Positions 7,913 to 14,920 of a DNA stretch of 64,000 nt are shown here, piece after piece. Numbering within the stretch: position 1 is the stretch's first letter; every line of letters begins with the position of its first letter. The DNA is from a virus. Its lineage: Duplodnaviria; Caudoviricetes. Below the pieces are notes generated by a model. The model worked only from the letters and a program-made list of their open reading frames with translations. It did no database searches and was not told the origin of the DNA. The translations under genes were made by a program, and so were the position numbers. Where the stretch lies: positions 2,425 through 66,424 of the IMG/VR virus record IMGVR_UViG_3300005937_000016; one strand, written 5' to 3'.

Positions 7913-10780
7913 ATGCAGCAGCACCGATGGTGGACAATGCGCGTACGTCTCCTGCTCGTAAGTCTCGTGAGTCTCGTGCTCGTGAGTCTTGCGGGTCCCG
8001 CGGCGGCGACGACCCGGTATGTGCACGGGACCAGTGGCAACGACAGTAACAGTTGCAGTACCGCAATTAGTTCGACCCCGAGCAATGCCAAGCGGACGAT
8101 TGCGGGAGGGCTCTCGTGTACCCAAGGGGGTGATACGCTCATTGTGCGTGGGGGCACAGGTGGGAGTTGTATCGTCTACCCTGAATCGTTCGCCGTTGGC
8201 AGCATCCCCAACGGCACGGAGGGTGCCCATACGACCCTACAGGCGTTTGGTGGGGGACATCTCAAAGGCGGGGAATGTGTGCATATCCGCCCAGTGGACA
8301 ACCTCGCCCCGAATGGGGATGTCATGGAGTTCATTGCGCAGCATCACATCACGATTGACGGGTTTAAGCTGGACGGCGGGGATACCAGTACTGACCTGGT
8401 GGGCCATGCCGCCCGCAAAGCGTCCTTCATCATTCGAGCCCAGCGTCCCAACGACAGCTTCGGCGAGAACCACGACATCATTGTGCGCAACAATGAGATG
8501 ATGCGGAGTGTGGCCTCCTGCGCCATCCCGCAAGGCTACCGATGGGAGTTTAGCGGCAACCTCGTCCATCACTGTGGGTGGTTCTGTTGCAACTCCTATG
8601 GCATGACGGACTCTGAAACAGGCGCGGTCAGTAACGGGGATGACCACGGCTTCTACTTCGAATCGCGTGAGTCCATCATTCGCGGCAACACCTTCCACCA
8701 TAACCCAGCGTACTCGATCCAAGTGTATGGGGGGGATACCGGCCTGAACGACAACATTATCGAGAACAATACCTTTAGCACCTCCCGGTGTGGTGTCACG
8801 ATGCAGGGAAGCAACAATATCTTTCGGAACAATGTGATGTATAACGATGGGCACAACGAGAACCTTGGCGATTTCAGTGGAACCGGCTGTGGTGGCGGTA
8901 GCACTACAAGCGTCGGGGTGATCATTGATGGCGGGTCACAGAAGATCGCCAATAACACCTTCTATGGGCACAGGGTGACAGATCAGGACAATGACTGTGG
9001 CAGTGGCTGTGAAGTGAAGAATAACATCATCTGTAACGACGGGAGTACGGACATCTCGGGCACTGGCAGTGTGTCCAATAACCTCTCGGGCACGTGTCCG
9101 GGCTTTGTCAACGCTGGCGCCGGCAACTTTGACCTCACCAGTGATGACACCGGAGGAACAACGCTCGCCTATGTGACCACGGACTTCCTTGGCAGACCCC
9201 GCACAGCGCCTTACAGCCGTGGAGCCTATGAGTTCAGTGGCACCCCAGCGCCCCCGGTGGCGACCAGTTTGCGGTTTGCGGTCCAACCGACCACCGTCGC
9301 GATCAACACGGCGATAAGCCCTGCCGTGCAGGTCGAGATTCTGGATCAGTTTGGCGCCCCGATGCCTACGGCCAGCGCCATGATCACCCTCAGTATTGGG
9401 ACGAACCCCGGGGGCGCGACGCTCACCGGGGGCGGGGCAACGGCGACCACGAGTGGCATAGCGACGTTTGGGAATCTGCGCCTGACGGCAGCCGGTACGG
9501 ACTATCGGCTCACCGCCACGGCTGCACCTGCGCTGACCGGCGCCACCAGCGATCCCTTTGAGGTCACGGAGACGCCGACGGGGTGTAGTAGTCCCTGTAC
9601 GATTTATGTCAATCCGAGCGCGCTCAATGATACGCAACCGTGTAACACGGCCGATCTCACGCATCCCCGCAAAACGCTGGCGGGGGGGGCGGCCTGCCTG
9701 ACGGTGCCAGGCTCAACGCTCTATCTGCGGGCCGGCACCTATAACGAGTGCCTGGACACCAGCGTGACGCCGATTGTTGGTGGGACGTCCTGGGCGGCCC
9801 CGACGACCATTGCCGCGTATGGCACCGAAACGGTGACCCTGACGCTGCCGCCGTCCTGTCAAGCGGCGATGATCTTTCGGACGCCGGCCCAGGATCATTA
9901 TATCGTCATCGATCGCCTGATTCTGGATGCCCTCAATACGCTCGACAGTAACGGCCTCGTGTACTATCCCGGCACGCACCACCTCCGGTTTCAGAATGGG
10001 GTCATCAAAAATACGTATTGGGAAGGCGTGTATATCCAGGATGCCACCGACACCGAAGTGCTCAATACGCGGATTGATACCTCCAACTGGTACGGCATTA
10101 ATATTGTGGACAGTAGTACGCGCACGCTGCTCCAGGGTCTCACGATCACCAACCATCCGCAGGCCGGCCTTCAGATTGAGAACGGCTCGGTGTTTACGGC
10201 GCGCAATCTGACGTTGACGGGGAATGGTACCGGCGGGGCGCAGCCCGCCGTACGCGTGGGCGGCAGTGGGGAAACCGGGGCCTTGCTGGCCAATGCGGTG
10301 ATCTATGAGAATTATGCGGGGATCCAGGTGCTCACGGGCACAAGTGGATTAAAGCTCTATAACAATACCCTGGTGAACAATACGAACGCGGGCGTGACGG
10401 TGGACAGTGGCGTCACCAATATCAACCTGGTGAACACGATTAGTACGGGCCATGGCGGGGGCCAGAATATCGTCAACAATGCTGGCGCCAGCGTCACGCA
10501 GGCCGCCGTGCTCACCACCAACCCTGGGTTCGTCGATGTCGCCCTCGATGACTATCACCTCGCGCCGACCGCGAGCACCGCGATCAATCAGGGCGTCACC
10601 CCCGCAGGCCTGACCACGGACGTACCCACGGATCGTGATGGCGTCCCGCGGCCCCAGGGCGCGGGCTATGACATTGGAGCGTATGAATGCCCGGTGCCGT
10701 GTACCGCGGCCCCGCCGCCGTCGGGTGGGGTGCAACTCACGGCCCCGGCCTGGAAAAGTGGCGGCCTGCTGCGCCGCTAA
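7913..10780 (+). CDS. Large secreted protein with two right-handed beta-helix (pectate-lyase-like) domains and an Ig-like linker
   Basis: Signal peptide ending AAA; two Y V...G.D.N.C...P..T modules; parallel beta-helix N-ladders; D.DG..RPQG.GYDIGAYE ends. Confidence 0.8.
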   Translation: MQQHRWWTMRVRLLLVSLVSLVLVSLAGPAAATTRYVHGTSGNDSNSCSTAISSTPSNAKRTIAGGLSCTQGGDTLIVRGGTGGSCIVYPESFAVGSIPNGTEGAHTTLQAFGGGHLKGGECVHIRPVDNLAPNGDVMEFIAQHHITIDGFKLDGGDTSTDLVGHAARKASFIIRAQRPNDSFGENHDIIVRNNEMMRSVASCAIPQGYRWEFSGNLVHHCGWFCCNSYGMTDSETGAVSNGDDHGFYFESRESIIRGNTFHHNPAYSIQVYGGDTGLNDNIIENNTFSTSRCGVTMQGSNNIFRNNVMYNDGHNENLGDFSGTGCGGGSTTSVGVIIDGGSQKIANNTFYGHRVTDQDNDCGSGCEVKNNIICNDGSTDISGTGSVSNNLSGTCPGFVNAGAGNFDLTSDDTGGTTLAYVTTDFLGRPRTAPYSRGAYEFSGTPAPPVATSLRFAVQPTTVAINTAISPAVQVEILDQFGAPMPTASAMITLSIGTNPGGATLTGGGATATTSGIATFGNLRLTAAGTDYRLTATAAPALTGATSDPFEVTETPTGCSSPCTIYVNPSALNDTQPCNTADLTHPRKTLAGGAACLTVPGSTLYLRAGTYNECLDTSVTPIVGGTSWAAPTTIAAYGTETVTLTLPPSCQAAMIFRTPAQDHYIVIDRLILDALNTLDSNGLVYYPGTHHLRFQNGVIKNTYWEGVYIQDATDTEVLNTRIDTSNWYGINIVDSSTRTLLQGLTITNHPQAGLQIENGSVFTARNLTLTGNGTGGAQPAVRVGGSGETGALLANAVIYENYAGIQVLTGTSGLKLYNNTLVNNTNAGVTVDSGVTNINLVNTISTGHGGGQNIVNNAGASVTQAAVLTTNPGFVDVALDDYHLAPTASTAINQGVTPAGLTTDVPTDRDGVPRPQGAGYDIGAYECPVPCTAAPPPSGGVQLTAPAWKSGGLLRR

Positions 10781-10797
10781 TACTGGAGGTTTGATGC

Positions 10798-11409
10798 ATG
10801 TCTGTGATGCATGTCTGGCTGCTGCTGTGGTGTCTCCTGGTCCCCAGCGTCCTGCGGGCGGAGCCGTGCCGCTTGCGCTGGTATCCGGTCGAGCGCTACG
10901 TCTCCGGCGGGCCCGTGGTGGGCCCGGTACAGTATCGGCTCTGGTTGCAAGGGCTCGGGGACGCGGCCCCGCAAGAAGTAGGGCTGACGAATGGCACGGA
11001 AGTCCAGATCCCGCACTGCCAGCCAGGGGAATATCTGCTGACGGCGGTGCAGGAGAGCCCGCAGGTGGAGGAAAGCCCCTGGAGTGAGGCGCTGACCGTA
11101 CGCCAGCTGACGGCCCCGCAGTTCGTGCCCCGCAGTGGCGGCACCGATCCGTGTCGCCTGCGCTGGACGGCGAGCACGACCTATACGGATATGACCAGCG
11201 TCAGCGGCAAGGTCAAATATCGGCTGTGGTATCAGGGGGAGGTTGACGAAGTGCCGCAGGTGCTGACCACGACCGATGCGCTGAGTCTCCAGGTCCGGCG
11301 GTGCAAGGCGGGGGACTATTTCGTGACCGCAGACCAACCCCAGCCGCGCGTGCAGGAGTCGGTGCTCAGTGCGCCGCTGGTGCTGGGACCGCCGAGTCCA
11401 AAGCGTTGA
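10798..11409 (+). CDS. Secreted protein with two tandem Fn3/Ig-like repeats
   Basis: Signal peptide ending LRA; internal duplication PCRLRW...YRLW.QG...C..G.Y..TA.Q....ES..S..L. Confidence 0.7.
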   Translation: MSVMHVWLLLWCLLVPSVLRAEPCRLRWYPVERYVSGGPVVGPVQYRLWLQGLGDAAPQEVGLTNGTEVQIPHCQPGEYLLTAVQESPQVEESPWSEALTVRQLTAPQFVPRSGGTDPCRLRWTASTTYTDMTSVSGKVKYRLWYQGEVDEVPQVLTTTDALSLQVRRCKAGDYFVTADQPQPRVQESVLSAPLVLGPPSPKR

Positions 11410-11559
11410 CACGGGTGCACGGGCGCATAGGCGGGATCGCCGCCGATCCGATAGGTGGTACCGTGAGAGGTTCCTGTGTCGGTCATGCCTCTTCTCCGTC
11501 CTGGTCCTGCCACTGGCAGGGATGGTTGCAGTCATGGACGCTGTATGTGCGCTGCTACG

Positions 11560-12234
11560 TCACCGTGCAGGCGCAATGGTTGCTCCAGATATCTCGGCAT
11601 GGCTGGCATCCTGAATCACAAACCGACCATAGCCCATTTTGCGCGAGGTCCCCACGCCTACCCGTTGCCCACAGTAGCCCACAAAATCAATAATATGCTG
11701 CGCCTCCGGAATATCGTTCACGAAAAAACCGATCGTGCCGTGCGCCGTGAACTTGGCAATAAACGGGTTTTTCCGTAAGGCCCGCTGATTACTTAAGGGC
11801 TGTCCGGTGCCTGATTTGGGCATCACCAGGCGCTCATACACGCCGTCTTCTTTCTCTTTGCCCGTGTCCCAGTCCGACACATGCAGGATATGGCGGAGGT
11901 TGGCGGGATCACAGGGACGCTGCGAGGCAGACAGGGTTTTCGCACTTTCAATCAAACAGCCGTACATTTGATGGGATGGAATGATGATGGCCCCCTCCTG
12001 GTCCCGGTACCACGGGCGCGACGCCCGTTCTTCCAGGGCCTCGTACGCCTCCTGACTTATGCCCTGGCGCCGGAGATATTCCTTGAGGGCCTGCTCCCGC
12101 TTTGCCTCGGTGCGGGTGCGGTTCATCCCGCTGAGTTTCTGAATATTGATCAGCTCCTCCTTCGCGGGAAAATAGGGATCGGCAATATACCCTTTGTCAA
12201 AAAACAGGGTGAACTGTATGGTCTGGGACTCCAT
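11560..12234 (-). CDS. Stand-alone RAMP superfamily (Cas7/Csm3-like) protein
   Basis: WYRDQEGAIIIPSHQMYGCLIESA resembles the RAMP YIPxSxxKG.L motif; C-terminal G-rich loop GVGTSRKMGYGRF; strong RBS AAGGAG. Confidence 0.7.
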   Translation of the reverse strand: MESQTIQFTLFFDKGYIADPYFPAKEELINIQKLSGMNRTRTEAKREQALKEYLRRQGISQEAYEALEERASRPWYRDQEGAIIIPSHQMYGCLIESAKTLSASQRPCDPANLRHILHVSDWDTGKEKEDGVYERLVMPKSGTGQPLSNQRALRKNPFIAKFTAHGTIGFFVNDIPEAQHIIDFVGYCGQRVGVGTSRKMGYGRFVIQDASHAEISGATIAPAR

Positions 12235-12255
12235 GATGTCTCCTTGCGTTGTCGT

Positions 12256-12705
12256 GTTGCCGTCGCCGTTGCCGACGCCGCTGCCGTTGCCGTAGCCGGA
12301 GCCGTTGTCGTGGCCGTTGCCGTAGCCGTTGCCGAGGCCGTCGCCGTGGTCGTCATCGTCGTCGTTGCCGCCGTCGTTGCCGATGCCGCTGTCGATGCCG
12401 GAGCCGGGGCCGTCGCCGTTGCCGTCGCCGGAGCCGTTGCCGAGGCCGTCGTCGTTGCCGCAGCCGTTGCCGCAGCCGTCGTCGTTGCCGCTGCCGGTGC
12501 CGTAGCCGTCGCCGGAGCCGATGCCGACGCCGCTGCCGTTGCCGCTGCCGTTGCCGTCGCCGTCGCCGTCGCCGGAGCCGATGCCGGTGCCGTCGTCGTT
12601 GCCGCTGCCGTTGCCGTCGCCGTCGCCGGAGCCGATGCCGACGCCGTCGTCGTTGCCGCAGCCGTTGCCGTCGCCGTCGCCGTCGCCGGAGCCGGTGCCG
12701 TCGCC
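12256..12705 (-). repeat. Array of 75 hexamer units GGC-NN-C (candidate non-coding guide array)
   Basis: Manual parse: 450 nt in unbroken 6-nt register; constant slot is GGC x65, GAC x9, GAT x1; the last base of every unit is C; in-frame TAA directly 5' and no start codon in the Gly-X frame. Confidence 0.9.
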
Positions 12706-12795
12706 GCGTTATTGCCAGAACTCTCGCGCCAATGCACCCCCCCGGCGTCTCGAGACGGCGACGCGCCCTCCGCTACGCGGCTTTCGGCCAGCGCT

Positions 12796-13413
12796 CTAGG
12801 ATACATGTGCCCAGGCACGTCCTTTGACAATATTACTAATGAGCTTGTCGCTTACTCCGTGTTGCTTTGCTAAACGATACATACTTATGCCAGCAGCATG
12901 CTGTGTGCGGATTGTGCGTATATGCCCCTCCGTCAATTTGGCGTTCGGCACCTGTTCGCCATGTGGTGTATGCAGTCGTTTCTTCATCGCGCAATCCTGC
13001 ATATTCTCCAGATGCGTTCCTAAAAAGAAGTGTCTCGGGTTACAACAAGGCGGGTTGTCGCATTGATGACACACCTCCTTTGCATCAGGTATTGGGCCAT
13101 AGGTATAGATGTAAGCTAGCCGATGGCTCAGATACATTTTTCCTTTGATACCTAAGCGACCATAACCCTGTCTATGCAAGCTCCCTTGCCAAAGCCAGCA
13201 GGCATCATCTCCACCATTCTTGTCTACTCGCTTCCAGAAGCACGCAATTAAATCGCGCGGTTTGTGCTTTGGAAAGCCATGTATTTTACGATGAAGCCGA
13301 TAGCACGTTATTGAACAAAAGCGGCTGTTGCCTTCCTTAAGCTTGCTAGGCTTCGCGGGAAATCGTGCTTTACATTGTTCACATACCGTTATCACCATTG
13401 ATTTTTTAGGCAT
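12796..13413 (-). CDS. HNH endonuclease with N-terminal Zn finger and C-terminal HTH
   Basis: CEQC...FCSITC; FWKRVDK...CWLWQG...GYG...HRLAY...VCHQCDNPPCCNPRHFFLGTHLENMQD; TAATG coupling to the upstream gene. Confidence 0.9.
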   Translation of the reverse strand: MPKKSMVITVCEQCKARFPAKPSKLKEGNSRFCSITCYRLHRKIHGFPKHKPRDLIACFWKRVDKNGGDDACWLWQGSLHRQGYGRLGIKGKMYLSHRLAYIYTYGPIPDAKEVCHQCDNPPCCNPRHFFLGTHLENMQDCAMKKRLHTPHGEQVPNAKLTEGHIRTIRTQHAAGISMYRLAKQHGVSDKLISNIVKGRAWAHVS

Positions 13414-14702
13414 TATGATGCCTTTGTAGCTTTCGGGAATCTTTCCCGACAGAAAGACCCATCGGCCATTCTCCTCGAGCAATAGAAGGTGCCCGGCGCT
13501 TTCGCGCTCGGCTTCAGCGGCCCGTGATAGGGACAGACGGGCGTCTCGGGTGCTGGTGCTGGGGGCGTGGCCGGTGCCGGCATCGGGCTCGGACTGGGCG
13601 GGACCGCCGCGGGGGCCCGCCGCGCCTGCGGCTTCAGGCCCTGCTGCTTACACCACGCTACAAGGTTGCTCACGGCCTCACGAAACTCTTTGCCCGTGGT
13701 CTTGCGCACGGTCAGAAGGAATTGATACCCGGCGGCGTCCTCCACACTTACCGTGGCGCTATACGGTGCCTCGTACATCACCACGCCGGCATGGGTCAGG
13801 GTGAGATGCGCCGGGACCGGCGGCGGCACGTCCCGCGCGGGCGGTGCCGCCTCGGGCTCCGGGCTATACTCGGGCTCCGGGATATACTCGTCATCGCGGG
13901 GTGTCGTCATAGCTACCTCGTGTTTCGCGCCAGGATCGCCCAGGAGCCCGGCGGGGACCGGGGGGTCCTCTAGATCATCGGGGGGGGCCTGTGGGCCCTG
14001 TGGGGCATCCTGAGCGGTTGTCGGGGGGATCTGGGCCAAGTACTCCTCGGCCGTTGCGGGCCCCAGCGGCAAGGGCAGGGTGTCGCGCGTCCCCTGCCCC
14101 AGGCGGGCGCAGACTTCGACGTAGAGCGTTTTGGCAATCAGGTGATAACACCATTTCGATTTGCCGTGTTGACTCTGCGGGCAGGAACAGCCCCCATTGC
14201 AGGAGTAGCGGCGCCCCGCGCTGCCCTCCACCTCGAAGAAGCCATCGGGGCTCCGCGTCACTTTGCCGGCCCGCACCAGCGCGACGGCCTGGGTCAGGCG
14301 CGTATCGCTGCCACGGTCGGCATGCACATAGGGCGGCCGCTGAAACTCGGCGGCCACAATCGCCAGTTCGCGCTCAAACGCCGGTTCCATCAGGGACCCT
14401 CCTTGTTGTTGGCACGTGGGTGTGTGGGTGCTGGGGAACTTGGCAGGGTGTTCCAGCACCGTCCGTTCGTCGTCCGTCAACTCTTCGCCTACCGCCTGCC
14501 GCAGTGCCAGCGCCGTGGTGGGGCCGCAGTGCGTGGCCCAACGCCGCGCTAACGCCTGTAAGCCCCCGCGGATCTCGTCCGGCCAGTCGGCCTCGACCAG
14601 CCGCGCCTCGACCCAGGGCGTTGCTTTCCACGCGGCGGGATACGTCTCGTCCCGGAGCATGCTGCGCAAGGCGAGGCGCAGGGCGGGATCCGTGCGGGTC
14701 AT
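13413..14702 (-). CDS. SWIM zinc-finger domain protein (alternative start at 14390)
   Basis: CSCP...WCYH SWIM motif; Pro-rich linker; C-terminal CPYHG...YCS Zn ribbon; strong RBS at both candidate starts. Confidence 0.7.
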   Translation of the reverse strand: MTRTDPALRLALRSMLRDETYPAAWKATPWVEARLVEADWPDEIRGGLQALARRWATHCGPTTALALRQAVGEELTDDERTVLEHPAKFPSTHTPTCQQQGGSLMEPAFERELAIVAAEFQRPPYVHADRGSDTRLTQAVALVRAGKVTRSPDGFFEVEGSAGRRYSCNGGCSCPQSQHGKSKWCYHLIAKTLYVEVCARLGQGTRDTLPLPLGPATAEEYLAQIPPTTAQDAPQGPQAPPDDLEDPPVPAGLLGDPGAKHEVAMTTPRDDEYIPEPEYSPEPEAAPPARDVPPPVPAHLTLTHAGVVMYEAPYSATVSVEDAAGYQFLLTVRKTTGKEFREAVSNLVAWCKQQGLKPQARRAPAAVPPSPSPMPAPATPPAPAPETPVCPYHGPLKPSAKAPGTFYCSRRMADGSFCRERFPKATKAS

Positions 14703-14920
14703 CTCCTGCCTCCGAGGAGCGCCTGCCACCAGGCGCGGCACGCCTGCTGCGTGGCCCGCAGATCGCCCCGCAGGGCCGCGGCATCGATGGCGTGCGCCAG
14801 GGCGCGGCAGGTGGGATCCTGGATCCTGGCCCGGCAGTGCTCGGTGCTCCAGGTTGCCGTCTTCTGACTGACATAGGTGTACGCCGTCACAATCGCCTTC
14901 AGACAGGCCGCATCAGCCAT
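14699..14920 (-). CDS. Small hypothetical protein
   Basis: Overlaps the helicase stop and the next start (translational coupling). Confidence 0.55.
   Translation of the reverse strand: MADAACLKAIVTAYTYVSQKTATWSTEHCRARIQDPTCRALAHAIDAAALRGDLRATQQACRAWWQALLGGRR

Noticed and set aside
11432-11450. GC hairpin between the convergent late and early operons
   Set aside because: No U-tract on either strand, so it is not supportable as a terminator.
12256-12705. Canonical CRISPR array or TIGR-type array
   Set aside because: There are no 23-50 nt direct repeats with unique spacers and no box motifs; the unit is a 6-nt period. No CRISPR array was seen anywhere in the window.
12150-12830. Ala/Thr-repeat ORF (minus), plus the Val/Ala and Arg/Cys ORFs on the plus strand (11881-12873, 12249-12827)
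   Set aside because: These are stop-free shadow frames of the hexamer array. They overlap the HNH and RAMP genes and have no credible RBS.
12235-12830. Single fusion protein leader-(Gly-X)75-RAMP restored by a one-base indel near 12708
   Set aside because: Possible in principle, but the leader frame overlaps the HNH gene and lacks an RBS, and the RAMP has its own strong RBS. Not called; kept as the alternative hypothesis.
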